Part shown: one piece after another, positions 1 to 13,649 of the stretch
How positions within the stretch are numbered: the first letter of the stretch is position 1
Layout of the letters: the number at the start of each line of letters is the position of its first letter
DNA from: Camelus ferus
Lineage: Eukaryota
Length of the DNA: 64,000 nt
Reading direction: 5' to 3'
Assembly: GCF_009834535.1 (NCBI RefSeq)
Contig: NC_045696.1
Coordinates: 92,010,001-92,074,000, forward strand
Notes under the pieces: generated by a model
Seen by the model: the letters and a program-made list of their open reading frames with translations, nothing else
Told to the model about the DNA's origin: nothing
The model's database searches: none
Made by a program: the position numbers and the translations under genes

Positions 1-2049
1 TGAAAAGGAGTTATCTTGACTCCTACCAGATAAACTTTGGTTCGTCCATCTTAGAAGTCATGTGATTGAAACAAAATCTGAATGCCTCTCTGCACCCCCC
101 ACCCACCTTCGTACAAGTTTCTTCCCAGCTTTGGAGAGGACACGTGCTCAAATGCCCCAGTCTAGAGGGATCAGGGCTTTGCACCCAGAGGAAGGGGCCC
201 GTGTGACTTTCAGGCACCTTTGCTAAGTGTTAGTATTCTGAAATTTCCATGGGTAGAGCCTGGGCCTGAGAAGAAACCACTTGGCCAGCTGGGCAGAGTT
301 CTCCTGAACCTGGTGCCGCTGGTTCCGCCCCACACAGGATCACCCAGTCCCATCACATTCTTCCATGGAGTCAGAGGTTCACTTAGGTCCCTGGGTTTGC
401 TAAGAGCAGAGCAGGGAACACTAGGAAAGGCTGCCTGAATGGGTCCCCTTGAGGCAGTCTAGCTGATGGAGGAAGTAGAGAGCCGGCGAACGGGCCATCT
501 TGGGACAGATGGCCTGTGATGGCTGATTTTCCCAGTGTCCTCAGATCCGGAGGCCCAGGGCTGATTTCAGAACTGCCGCCGGTGGAGTGGGCTCAGGGGC
601 AGCCATGCAGCTGGAGGCAGGGGCCGGCTGGGAGACTTGTCTTAGATGCTACACTTTAAGCTTGAGAAAACACTCCTTGTCCAGCTAGAGAACTGGTGAA
701 GGTGATTCTAATGATGATTAAGGGGGTCTAATCCGCCAAAGCCTTGGCACGGCACTGGCTCGCGAAAGCCCAGATGTAATTTCTATCTCAGCAATTGGGT
801 AGCAGGCTTCCCCGAGAATTTTGAGAAATACAGTTTCTTTGGCAATGAAGATGAATCTACTTCCTGTAATTACTTAATCAAGGCTGAGAAATCTTTTCCA
901 ATGGGAAAATTCACATGGTATCGCCTGCATCTCCCAGAATACGTAACGCCCAGAAAGCTCAGATGACATTTTCATGTCTTCCTGGTGCCAAGCCAGTTAA
1001 AGAGCAGCAAGAAATGTTCATACTGACAGTCATTACTGAGGTTTCCCACACGACTGAATCCAATTAATTAGGCCTAGCCAAACCTGCCAGCCACACCCGG
1101 GACCCAGGCAAATACCCAGAGAGGACTTAGAAACACCCCTTCGACAAACACTCATTTATTACCACCTGTATTCAGTGAATCACCTCTCTAGCTGATACCG
1201 CCTGACAAAACTTCCTCAAAACAGGCGGCTTTGTGAACTGAAAGTCAAAGATCTCTGCGCTATTTTTCACTAAAGAATCTCTCTCTCTCTCAATAGTTTT
1301 AGCAGTGGTGCTTGACACTCTTCGAACTCCTTTACAAATACTAATTCCTATTCTACTTTGACCCATAGTTTGCTCAGAACTGAGGATAATGCGATTTATT
1401 TTTGTTCAGGCCCGAATCAGAGGACTGGATAGTCTCCACCAGCCCCATTTGTTTTCCTCAAAATTGTGTGAGCCTTGTCTTTTCTCTGAAGCCTGGAAGA
1501 TGTTCCCAGAATGGGTTAGAAACTCCTCTGAGACCCTTCTTAGCTCCCTTTTCTTGGAGGGCTCTGGAAACTTATTCCAGAGTGAACTCACACCTTTGAA
1601 GCCAGAGTTTCTTTCAATACATGTACTGAGGGCCGATTCCGTACAGGTTGTGTTCCGAGTGCTGGGTGAACAACATACTTCACCATGCTTCCTGCTCTCC
1701 CAAGGCTTAGCGTCCAGTGGGGGTGGCAGAGGAGGGGGCGACGATAAACAAAGAGGCAATGTCACTTCTGTAGCCACAAGTGACGGTGAGACACACAAGG
1801 AGAGCTAGAGAGCCAGTGGTGGGGGGGGGTGTCGGGTGGTCTGGGAACTTTGCTGAGGGAACAGTATTTGAGTCGAGACCTGAATGATATGCTAACCGTG
1901 TCATGTTCTGAGATTCTTCACAGACATATAAACTCGAACAGAGCAAAGAGACTGATTAGGGAAGTGTTGTCCTTTCATACTTTTTTTTGAGTGGGGGGAG
2001 ATATGCAAGTCATGCTGGTTAATTGGTTCAGTTTCTAAAGAGGTCAAAA

Positions 2050-2155
2050 CGGCAATACCTACCAAAATGAAACACACGTTATCCTTTGACCCAACAACCC
2101 CACTTGTAGGAATTTAATCTGTAGAAACAATGGCATATATGCAGGAAGATGTGTA

Positions 2156-2191
<36 letters not shown>

Positions 2192-2400
2192 CACACACAC
2201 ATATATATATAAGGATATTTACCACAGCATTGTTGGTAGTAGCAAAAGATCAGAAACGGCCCAAAAGTTGATCACTAAGGGATTGGCTAAGTAAATTATG
2301 GAACATTCATATGAAAGAACACTTTGCAGTCATTAAGAAGAATGAGGTTGAGCTCCAAGGTAAATTAAGTGAAGAAAAAACAAGATGCAAGAATGATGTT
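2050..2400 (+). mobile_element. Old L1 (L1M-type) fragment, end of ORF2 and 3' region
   Basis: L1-like text: cctttgacccaacaaccccacttgtaggaattta...acagcattgttggtagtagcaaaa...gtaaattatgg...gcagtcattaagaagaatgagg. Confidence 0.7.
2151..2210. repeat. Compound microsatellite (GT)n-AT-(AC)n-(AT)n
   Basis: Directly visible. Confidence 0.95.
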
Positions 2401-2969
2401 CAATATCCTATCATCTTTGAAAATATATATATGTACATAATATCTTTGCAAGGGTGCATAAAAAACCAGTAACAGTTTTTGCCTCAGCAGGGGTTAGGGG
2501 AGAATTAGGAAAACTCTATATATTTTGTAACTTTTGCATTTTTACCTTGTGCGTGCAGGAGCTGTTTGATGAACAGATATGTCAGAAAAAAACAGCATTG
2601 CAGTAAACTAATTATATATGTAGTTTTCATACAAAGTTCTTTTTACATGTACTTACACATCACAGTTCCGGCTGGAATGAATTTTAAGTGTTAAAAGTGG
2701 AAAAACTCCTGAAATCTGTGTGTAGTCGCTGCCTTGGCTGGCTCAACACGTGGGCGCTTCTCAGCCAGGGTTTGGATGTGGTCTCTGTATGAATGAGTTT
2801 AGGGAATGTTTCAGGAAAGGCATTTTCTCTTAGGGTGGACAACCTTTTTGGGAAGACAGTACACTCATTTTTATTCCACTTGAAGATTTGAACAACTGAC
2901 CTGACCAATGTTCAGATAAAGAATTGGAAAAAAATCTTTTTCTTGAAAAATATTTTCTGGAACTTGGTC

Positions 2970-3097
2970 TTTTTTTTTTTTTTTTTGAGGGGGAAGGTAA
3001 TTAGGCTTGTTTATTATTTAAATGGAGATGCTGGGGATTGAACCCAGGACCTTGTGCATCCTAGGCACACACTCTACTGATAGCTATACCCTCCCCC
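2970..3097 (-). mobile_element. tRNA-Ala-derived SINE (camelid vic-1-like) with poly(A) tail
   Basis: Minus strand reads GGGGGAGGGTATAGCT...GGTTCAATCCCCAGCATCTCCA (A and B boxes), then an AT-rich tail and A17. Flanked by 16-bp direct repeats tgaaaaatattttctg. Confidence 0.85.
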
Positions 3098-4474
3098 TGA
3101 AAAATATTTTCTGATGCACATACAATATTTTAATTTTTCTCCTGAGTTGAAACAGGCCTTGGTTTCTAAGAATGAACTTGTTCTAGCAGGAATGTTTTTC
3201 TTCGCTCTCATAGCTATCTCATGTTCTGGTCCATTTATAATTATGGACTGATAAGAGTCTTCAGCTACCAGTAAAATTTTTGAGAAATATGATGGAAATC
3301 AAATGTTTTTCAGATGGTCAGTATTCAGAGCACAATCTCTGGTTTTCTACAATGCTGTGCCAGGGCAGGGCAGCAAATAATACTTTTAACCTCTATTTCT
3401 CATGGTACTAAAATCTGCCCCATGTTAAATAAATCATTTATGCATATAAAAGTTTTATTGAAAAGAAAATTTCCCATTGATAATCTGCAATAGCCATGGA
3501 AATGACATTCAGTATCTATTTTAAAAATGCATTAAATATGTATCCAGTAGAAGGGTGAGGAATTATCTTGCTCGCAGGCAAGGTTTTCATTTGCTGCGAG
3601 GTGGATGCGTGACTCCAGGCCGGGGCAGAGCCTGGAGAAATGGGTGGAGTGGCCTGAGGTTTGAGTCCCCATGGGGCTGCAGGGCAGAAACATGGCTCAT
3701 TAGAAAAACCCGTGGTACCATCCAGGCGGGCAGCTGCACGTGCAGCGGGGTCAGAGAGCACAGCCTGACCACGGAGGGCACACGGGACGGAAACTGCTCA
3801 CCTTCCACACACGGCAGGGGCTTTGAATGCCCCATTCAAGAGACTGTCAGTTCTTGGCAGAGCTTCCCGCTCTGGGAAGCCGGTGTGGATGAAAGGTGTC
3901 CCCAGCTTGGGCTCACAGGCCATTGGGCTGTTATCTGTGTGGACGAACCTGATCTCAGGGAGGAAGTTACTAAATAGTGGGTCACTGGAGAGGTCGGGGC
4001 TAACTCGGGATAAGGGTTCCCTGTCCTCATGATCAGGTTGCAGGAAAGGCTTTGGTGGCCCTTGAAGACACACACCCTCTGGTATTCTTGGAGGAGGGAG
4101 GGAAAGGGCTGTGGTGTGGACACTGGCTGGTGGAGATGGACAGAGAGAACCCTGAGAAAGAATAATTCAGAGAGACCTCTAGAAATCCAGCCTGAAATGG
4201 GCTCTATCCCAATGAGGGGCTGCTCTCTCATGGGCAGTAAGTGTGTCTGAGGGTCTGGTGGAGATGAGGGGTGACAAGTGTGAAGGATCGTGGTTTCCTC
4301 TTGTATTTCCCGCCTTCTATTTTGAGATCCCTCTTTGGAGACACTAGGCCTGGAATCAGATGACTTTCTTGATGCAGCCCTATTATGTCACTAAGGTCAA
4401 GGTCTTTAGGGTTAATGATGGACTTATTATTTCTTAATTTGTCTTAGGACCACAGAGTTGGAAGGGATAGTGGG

Positions 4475-4570
4475 GATCTGACATTGTACAGATGAGGAAA
4501 CTGAGGCCTAGAAGGGTTAAGTAACTTGGATGCATCTATCAGAAAAGCTGGGGCTAGAATTTAGCTTTTC
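4475..4570 (-). mobile_element. MIR fragment
   Basis: MIR core acagatgaggaaactgaggcc...aagtaacttg. Confidence 0.7.
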
Positions 4571-6181
4571 TTTCTCCAAGCGGAGTCCTTTGCTGCCTGA
4601 AAAGTAACATGAATTTCCTACCTTCACATTCTACTCACACCTCTATTCACTCTGTTTCAAAGTGTGTGGTCCATTTCCCTGTCCTAAAGAGAAGTGAATA
4701 TGTTGATTCAGCAGGAATTTTCAGAGAGCTGAGCTGGGAGGGAGGGGAATAAAGAGAGAGAGCGAGCCTATATGTAAGGCCCACAAAGATTAGTGTGGCC
4801 AAAAGAATCTTAACTGACAGCTAAGGTCCAGGTTGAACAGCACGCGACATATAAAGTGACAGCAACTCAAACACGAAACACAGAAGATGGGAGTAGCCTT
4901 CGTTGGCAGGGGAAGCCATGCCTGCTTGAGGATAATAGGTCATCAGCTGGCTGGTATCTTGACCTGGTCTGGGATTCTGCTCTTAATCGTTGCAGGTAAT
5001 ATTGATGCAGTGCCAAGTGAAAAGGGATTTGGCATTTTCCAGTTCAGTAAGTCTAAACAAACCACATAATTTGGCATTAAGTCGATTGTGTTTTATCAGA
5101 ATTTTCCAGTTCTGTAGTCTGTGTTGGTTAAATCAACTAAATTACTGCCACTCGGGCTAGCTGTGAAAAAACACAATTAAAACAACCGGGTGCCCTGCCT
5201 ACACCTCCTCCTCATGCAGCACATCTCCTGGTGGTGGTGAAATGTCCCCTTCTGCCGAGTCATAGTAATTTCTGCCCTCCCTCGCTCGGGGTGGGTCTCT
5301 GATGCGCAGGGACACTTTGGAGACGTCTACCGCCTCATATTTTTATGTGTCTGTCTGATTTTAGCTAATCTTAAATTAGCCTTATTCCTAAAGAGTGGGT
5401 CCTAAATCTTGTGGTGGTTCTTCTGCATGTCTGCATTCACTCACCCAACAAACATTGTTCATTGAGTGTTCATGACACCTGGTCTCTTCAAAAAAAAAAA
5501 AAAGTTACCGAAGATACAAAGACACCCCCCAGGAGCTCCTAGCCTAGTGGTAGAGACATACCTTTAATTGAATCATGACAATGGGGTGGGTGAGAGCATG
5601 ATCAGCTCTGTCTGGATGGTGATTAGAAAGTCTGTCCAAAGCCCACAGCCTGTTCTGTTTCTTCTTCCATTAGTTCATCGTTACTCCTTGACCTTCTTTC
5701 TTCAAGGCAGTCATCACATTGCACCCCCGACCCACCCATCTGAAAGCGGGCTAGTGTTAGAGACAGCAGAGGCCCCACACTCCCTCTCCTTCACTTCACC
5801 TCCCACTGTATCCCAGAGACCTGCTTTCACAGGCAGATGTGCAGTAGCTTTGAGTCAATATCTTGAGAATATGGTGTAAACAGTGATCAACTGAGATGAA
5901 AGACAAAAATATAGGAATGTCTACTTACATTCTTTTTTATCTAAAAATAATTTAAGAAAAATCTTAAGTTTCCCCAACTTTGAGCTTTGGTGACACTGGC
6001 ACCCTCATCAGGCCTGTCCGTTAGAAGGACACGTATCACGCACAGTAGGTGCGGTACCCTCGGTCAGAAGTGAGAGGTTCCCAGAGCCGACAATGCTCAG
6101 CACTCTTCTCTTTTGGAAGAACATATGGCAGGTTATCTGTGCTGGGCTGAGTGGATTTAAGGATTATGTCATCCTAAATCT

Positions 6182-6395
6182 CGGGGGAGCAAACTACGAT
6201 CACAGCCAAATCCCACGTGATACCTGTTTTTGTAAATAAAGTTTTACTTACACAGCCATATGCCTTGGTTTGCATATCATCTACGGATGTTTCCAGGTGA
6301 CAATGGCTGAGTTGAGAAGTTGTAACACTGTATGGCCTGAAAAGCCTAAAACGTTTACTGTTGAGGCCTTCACAGAAAACACTTGCCAAACCCTA
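6182..6395 (+). mobile_element. MER58A-like hAT-Charlie MITE
   Basis: gcaaactacg...cctgtttttgtaaataaagtttta...gtatggcctgaaaagcctaaaa...acagaaaacacttgccaaaccct follows the MER58 consensus as I recall it. Confidence 0.75.
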
Positions 6396-6702
6396 TCTAA
6401 GTAGTTCAATTTTTATAAAATGTTTTGAGGTGGGTGTGGGAGGATTGTGGCCGTGAGAATCTGGCTCACACCTAGGTTCACTGGTTATCTCATGACGAAG
6501 TTCTTAAAAGAAAGGGATGTTGAAGATGAGTTATACATGTTTATTTTCTGAAAATGCTAATGTTTCAAAGTTGCTGACTCTTTCTGATGACAAGCAGTTG
6601 ATGCTGGTGACCTAGAAAATATTTTTGGAAAAAAACCACAAAACAAAAAAATGCCCACACATTTAAATTATCTTTTCAAGTGAAACTGTCTTTTCACTTT
6701 TA

Positions 6703-6856
6703 TTATTTATTTTTAAAATTGAAATGTAGTTGATTTACAATATTTGTTTCAGGTGTACAGCAAAGTGATTTGGTTATACATGTATATGTATATATCTATT
6801 TTTCGATTCTTTTTCATTATAGTTTATTCCAAGATACTGAATATAGTTCCCTGTGC
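6703..6856 (-). mobile_element. 5'-truncated L1 3' end (artiodactyl-type) with 14-bp TSD
   Basis: tagttgatttacaat...tcaggtgtacagcaaagtgatt...atatagttccctgtgc. TSD tcttttcactttta at 6689-6702 and 6857-6870. Confidence 0.8.
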
Positions 6857-7639
6857 TCTTTTCACTTTTAAACAATGGACGAGAAATGCTATGTATTTCA
6901 CAAGAAGCCTACTATGGAGAGTACATTTCGAAAAAGAATATTTTGATATGTTTCCATTTTACATGATTCTGTTTCTTAAAAAAAAAGGTAAGTATGTCAC
7001 ATAAAAATATTCTCACATGCACTCTTGGAAACATTTGGAAGTGAAATTTTCCACTTAAAAGCCATTTAAGTGAAGCGTTTCAATGAAATTTGAAGCTGTA
7101 TGTTAAAAGTGTAAAAATACAACACTTTTCTATTAGTTTCCAAGAATGACATCTGAAAATATGAACATTTGACTAGCTGAATATTTGACTAGCTAAATTT
7201 CAACAAATCTTTGTCTAAGGAGGTTACGAATAAAAAGATGAGTATCATGGTTTAGTAAACTCGGTCAGTGGTGGATGATTTCCATTTGGATATATTTGTG
7301 ATACACTTTTTCCAGCTACTATTGTTTTTTTAGTTAGAACAAAAAATATTTTGTGCATTTAATAATTTCTTATTTTTAAAACTTAAATTTTTTGTTTTTA
7401 AAACTTAAAAAATTTACTTTTTGTTTGACTTCTATTTTTATGTCTATTTTATAATGCACATAATTAGTGGAGAAGATATATACATATATAATTTATGAGT
7501 AAATAAATATACATAGATTGGGGTGCATGCCCCCAAAGTCTAATGGTAGGAATGCGTCATCACAATGTTCGGAGATTTGTGAGTTTTCAGCGTGAGTTTG
7601 GAATTTAGCAGAGAGGTTTAAAACTCACTGGCTACATTC

Positions 7640-7770
7640 TCTTGATTTAAATAATTTGTTATAGGTCTTGTTTTCTCAACTGTAAATTGAGATGAGGCCC
7701 GTAAGGCACTTAATACAGAGCCTAGCACATAGTAAATGTTCAATAAATATCAAATGTTCAATAAACATCA
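7640..7770 (+). mobile_element. MIR/L2 3' fragment
   Basis: ctgtaaattg...gcacttaatacagagcctagcacatagtaaatgttcaataaa. Confidence 0.6.
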
Positions 7771-9000
7771 GTAAATATTATCATTATACCTAAAATATCT
7801 CCAAGTTCTCCAGCCCTCCAAGGTCACCTTTTAATATCCCAATAAAATAACTCAAGTCCTCCCATCTCATTTGTGAGAAGACAGGCATATGCCCCTGAGT
7901 TTCTGCAGAGGGTGTTTACATTCTTTTGGTGGTTGCATTTTCCTGCTGGTTGCCTGATGTCTGTTTCCCGGCCCAGTTGTCCATCACCTGTAGTCTTCCC
8001 AAAGTAGTTCATGATCTTCCCAGGTAGTTCATGATCACTACCTCCGTAGCATCACTGCCTCCTTGTTGGCTTTTCCGAGGCCCTGGGGCAATTCTATGAA
8101 AAGCCACCAAAACTCTCTAGAGTTCTTTATTTGGGGAAGTCTATAGGCATGTCTGTCAGCCGTCTGCTTCCAACGTTTTTTGCTCATCACTTTTTCCCCC
8201 CGTTTCTGGAAGAAGGATAGAATAAAACCCACATCCCAGTCCTGATCTCTCAGATCTGACATTGGCTCCTTCAGACTCGGGGCTGATCCTGATCCTGGTC
8301 AAACATGTGGTCATGGTTTTGTAATATCATTTCTACCTTTTCCAGCCTGTCATCTCCCTTTGTCTTTAGAGAAAATGCCCTGCTCTATTTCCTGGCTCTC
8401 GGGAACCATACCTCCACCCAGATACCTCTTGAAAAAGGGGATGGGAATTATTATAAGTGACTCTTTGCCTTTAGGAACTTCTTTAGGCCCTTGGCCATCC
8501 TATGACAGAAAACCCCAAAGTCAGACTTTTCCATCCACTTGGCACCCTGGTAAGAGACTATCTGCCACTATTAGATCCAGTTGGTTTATCATCTGCTCTG
8601 CCCTCTGAAGGGATGTTTCTGTTGAGCCAGAACAGCAAGGACAGGGTTGCCTCTCAGCTGGTAGGTCTATCAGTGCAAGGATGGAAGTCTTCTCATAGCC
8701 GCCTCATGATCCATCACTGCCCCCAAAGTGGAAAACAGACCCTCAAAAATAATGTCAGGCACAAAGGCACAACCTTCCTAAGGGTTTTCAATTTTCTTTT
8801 CGAGCTGAATATGGCCTAATAGAGGAAGGGGAAAAAAATCAGATGTTAACAAGCAATGATAATGCTTTCCCTATAACTAGGAGCACAGCTAGTAGGAGCT
8901 AGAAGCAGAAATTTGATTCAGTACCTGGACATCTCAAGTGACAAATGAAATAAATGAACTTTGGTACAAATACTTAGGCTGAATGAAAAGTGGTACATAG

Positions 9001-9185
9001 GAGGGGTGGCAGAGGCTAGGAGTAAGGTTTTATTGGAACACAGCCATTCTCATTCACCTACACATTGTCTGTGGCTGTTTTTGCGCTACGGCGTCAGGGT
9101 TCAGTAGCTGTGAGGTTCTGTGTGACTCACACAGTCTAAAATATTTATTATCAGGCTCTTTATAGAAGAAGTTTGTCAACCCTTG
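9001..9185 (+). mobile_element. MER58A-like hAT MITE (second copy)
   Basis: ttttattggaacacagcca...gtctgtggctg...ctaaaatatttattatc...aagtttgtcaaccc. Confidence 0.75.
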
Positions 9186-10405
9186 CTCTGAATAATGAAT
9201 ATTTTTGTCTTCTGGAGCTAGCAGGAAAGTGAGTTAAACCGGTCTCTATATCATAGAAGTAAAGGCTAATAATCCACTTAAGGCGTGAGAAGGAGTGGGT
9301 AGTTGAAGGGCGTTTGGTCCTAAGTAATAATAGACGAAGTAGCCTTCCACCTTCCAAACTTCAGTCCAGTTCATTGCATTAAAGGTTGGAGCCAAGACCT
9401 GGCTGATAATGAAGAGTCTCTTTGCTTTGCTCCCTTTGGGCAAATACCTCCTCAGAGATCTGGTGGGGAGAAGTGATGGATCCAGGGCGGAACCAGGCAT
9501 ACCCAGAATGGGGTTTGCCTGAGTTTCTTGATCAGATACTGCCACGTATAACCTGAATGCCATCAGATGTCTGTCTGCATTAACGGAGAGAGCTAGCTGA
9601 GTTTGCTTGCTGGTAACGAGTTAAATTAACTGTATCCTCTCCAAGTAGGTTTATCTCACCACCACAAGCTCAAGGCCCATGGTGTCCCAGCATATTCTGA
9701 AGGATGAGTGTCCATTTCTCCTGCTGCCCATTGCCAATCCTGCCTCCCATCCCAAATTCTGAGTGAGAAGCCCAGGCTTCCGTGGCACTTCCTTAAAGCT
9801 GAGGGGTTGGCTTTGATGCTAAGAGATGGGGTAGACAGACTTCATGTGTTCATTATATCCTGCTTAGCTGCGTTTTATTCATTTTTTTAGTTTGTAGTTT
9901 TAAAAATGTGACTTCAAGGAGGAATTCCCTGGGTTCTAGGAACTAGTCAACAAATGTTTTCTAAATAGTTGTATACTCTTCTATGTAAGAACAAAAATCA
10001 CTCAAAGGATGCTAGAATCTTCAAAGTAAACCCACTATTAGACAACCTCAATGCTAAAAGTTTCGACTCCTACATCTTTTTCACCAGTCGTTTCTCGAAA
10101 GTAATTTGCTTTCTCTCCCTGCCTTTCATGAAGACTGGGCTATCCGACTAGTACAGTGCTTGTCTTTATTCAGTCTTTGCCCCGTAGAAGCAGACTTCTT
10201 TGAAGCAAGGTTTGTCTTTGGCATGTGTGTTTGCTACTCTTGGAAGCCACTGGTAGTCTGCTCTCTTGGGATTTCATATAATCTTTAAACATTTCCAGCA
10301 AGCCTTGGGATGTTTCATCTTTGTAGTGCTCTTTCTAATTACTAATCTACACTAGAGCATCCTCCTGATGAGTCTCCAATGTAATTTCTGTTATATTTAC
10401 TACCC

Positions 10406-10829
10406 GAGTTAGTTTCCTATTGCTGCTGTCACAAATTACCACAGACCTAGCAGCTTAAAACAACACAAATTTATTTTCTCACAGTTCTGGAGGTCAGAAG
10501 TCCTAAAATCAGGGTGTCCGTCAGACTGCATTCCCCTGGAGGCTTACCCTTCCTGTATCTAGAGCCACCCACGTTCTTTGGTTCATGGACTCACCCTCCA
10601 TCTTCAGAATCAGCAGCAGAGCATCTTCCAGTCTCTGACCTTCTGCCTCACTCTTATAAGAACCCTCGAGACTCCACTGGGTCTCCTAGGATAATCCAGA
10701 ACCATCACCCCATCTCAAGACTTTAATTTAATCACATCTGCGAAGCCTTGTTTGCCATATAAGGTAACATTCACAGGTTCCTGGGACTAGGACTTGAATA
10801 TCTTTGGGGCCATTATTCAGCCTACTATA
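10406..10829 (-). mobile_element. MaLR (MLT1-type) solo LTR
   Basis: ttagtttcctattgctgctg...gcttaaaacaacacaaatttatt...cagttctggaggtcagaagtc...aatcacatctgc...attcagcctacta. Confidence 0.8.
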
Positions 10830-13649
10830 CCACCACTTCTGTTATTACTACCACTGGCTAAAATTTGATTGTATACCATGAGCCGGGCACTGTGCTAACT
10901 GCTTTACGTTCTTTATCTTAATTAGTCCACGAGCCACATACTAAGATTGTGTTGATTTCTCAGACAGGCTTGTGACTAAGCCATTGCTTTCTGATGACAG
11001 TAATTCATTGCAAAATTGAGTAACAGTGATTCACAAAATCTGCATTCCCACTCCTATGTAGCACTGACTTATATGCCTACAAGTTAGTTATAAATAAAAC
11101 TACAAACTTGTATTTTTAGAAAATGTAGTCATATGAGTAGAAATTTACATTTAGAAGAAATTCGGCTACATTTATGAGTGGTTGGAACTCAAGTTTGTAG
11201 TTACTAGGTTCAGCTGGCTTAGATCATTGAGAGTAATGCTAATTAGATTTATGGTTGCTACTCCTAACAGCAACAGTTCATTGCACTCAGCTTAGAAATT
11301 TTGACTTAAAACCTTGACCAAGATACTACGAAATGCAAACCTTCAAGTAGGACCTCTGTCAGGAAAGTATGAGTTAATGCCCCAAATCCATCAGAGCTAC
11401 TCAGAAATCTTACAAACTGATGGTTGCACAAGAATTGAAGAGTCTTACATTATCAGGTAGTTGAATAGCATCTGTTTAGTGTACTCGTGCCACTCCAATC
11501 TGTCCATGCAACCCTTAATGTCCTGTGAAACACTCTGAAGTGCAGCCGATGTATCTAAACAAAAGACCCAAGTGACGGCAATTTGGTACCTAAAACTTGC
11601 TAAGTATTAGAAGGGTTAGAGGCTCTTGAACACTGGGTTGAGCCTCTTAGCTGGTTTGATTAAGGCTATTTTAGGATTGGATATTATTAAGGAAATATAG
11701 TTACAAAACTTGAATATAGAAATATAGTGGTTTCCACCTTGCTGTTGATAAACCTTAGCGGCATATGGAAGTTATTGTAAAGAGCCCATTAATCCATTTG
11801 AGCCCCAAATGCTGTCTGTAGGCTAAGTGTATCCTACGTATCAAACATAGATATGGTTGTGATGATAATACAAATTTGCTTTCAAAGATCACTGAATTCA
11901 TAGCAGTTTTTGATCATTTTTCATTTTATTAGTCATTAGGTACTTAACAATTAAGTCCATGAAATTCTGACATTGTCAAAGTGGCTGGGCAGCCCTGCTT
12001 TAGTCTGGAGAATTTAGCATTCTTCATAAAATACTTCTAACACACAAACCTCCCATTCATGTAAGACTAAAGCCTTACAAGAACTGCCTGAGGGTTCTAT
12101 TCAGGAGTTAGTCTCCCCCAAAATATGCTGAGGGAGTAAAGCAATAAAATAAAGACCAACTAATAATGTTGATGAAACTTTGATAGCATCTTTTTCTATG
12201 AAAACGTAAGGTTAGCAAGCTAAGGCAAAATGCTGTTTCATTTATTTTACTTGCCGAGAGTCCCTAAATGGATAAACTAGACGGGTCTGTTTTTAAAACC
12301 CAACACTATCGTTTTTAACGAACCTGTTTCTGGCTTTTAATTTTTAAATAAATGCTATCAGTTTGTACTTTACCCAAAAAAAAGTTTGCATTGTAGGGTC
12401 TCAAAGTCAGAACAGTCTTATCATTCATAGACTTTCATTAAAAAAAAGAAAACAAAACTCAAAGATGAGAACACTAACCAAATAAAGGTTAAGTAATTCA
12501 TCCAAGATTATAACACAGTTATGAGCTTAAGAAAAAAGGCACAAAATAGCACAACATAGGTGATCATAGGTGATGTGGATTAGATTTCAGAAAAGTGCCA
12601 TACAGAACTTTCTAAACACATTTTGATGATCTTATCCCAATTAAGGAAAACAAGAAACCATCTTACCTTCCTTAAATAAGTGGGAAAAAGCCCTCTGATT
12701 TAAACTAACTGTACAGGACCTGTTTAGGTATTGAGTATTTCTTTTTTAAAAGTCATTTTCAGACCTTACATTGAAAAAAAATTTCGTCTTTAAAGATCAG
12801 TATTTCAGGCCCTAACGATTATTTTTACGCCCAAATAATCATTTAATATGAGGTCTGTAGCAAAAGGCAGAGTTGGATTTTAGAATTTACAATGACAAAG
12901 GGCTCAATATTTATAAACTTTGTGCACACAAGAATCCTTCCTGTCTACAGAACTGAAAGACACTGGAATGTCTTAGGGCATTTGGAGACTTCCCCTGGAA
13001 ATCTTAATTATAGTTTAAATTAAGAGTAAATTCCAGCTCTCTGAAATAGCGTAAGTACAACTGTGCTGGTAGGGAGATAGATGTGCTGAATGCCTTTCAG
13101 TATGTTGTAAATCCATGGAACCATTACAAAATTTAGTCTGACTCCAGAGTTCTTGCTTAGTTAAAACAACATACAATACTATACATGAATTTAAAAATCA
13201 TCACACTGCAGGGAAGGCTGGTCTGAGACGCTTGTGTTTACCAATCTGGTGCTTTAAGTTAGCTGAGAGCTAAGGCGCTTGAGAGCTGACAAGATTTCTA
13301 CAAGATTTTTATATTTCCTTCAGCACCTGTTGAAGGGGACAGCCTGGTTATACTATTTTTTTTTTTTTTTTTACTACAGCTGTTTGCTGATATAAAACTT
13401 GTCCCTTTCCCTTAAACATTTACAAGAGAATAGTGAATATTTTGTAGGTGACTTACAGTCGACTGCTAGATAATGTGCTTTCTGCTGATTCTCAAAGCAC
13501 AAGCGTCTAGGCAGCAGTTTCTGGTTAGGTCCGTTCATTCAGTCCCTCAATCCCACATTCATTCCATCACCCGACCATCATTCACAGATCATCCACTATG
13601 TGTTGAATTCTGTTGTATTAAATGGAACCAAGACAACAAGAAGTTTTAA

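Noticed and set aside
3020..3097. Functional tRNA-Ala gene
   Set aside because: The D-arm and anticodon region are degenerate, and it carries an AT-rich tail, poly(A) and a TSD. It is a SINE head.
3516..4250. Stack of overlapping ORFs on both strands (also 1389-1946)
   Set aside because: Moderately GC-rich intergenic DNA with no recognisable protein similarity or exon structure.
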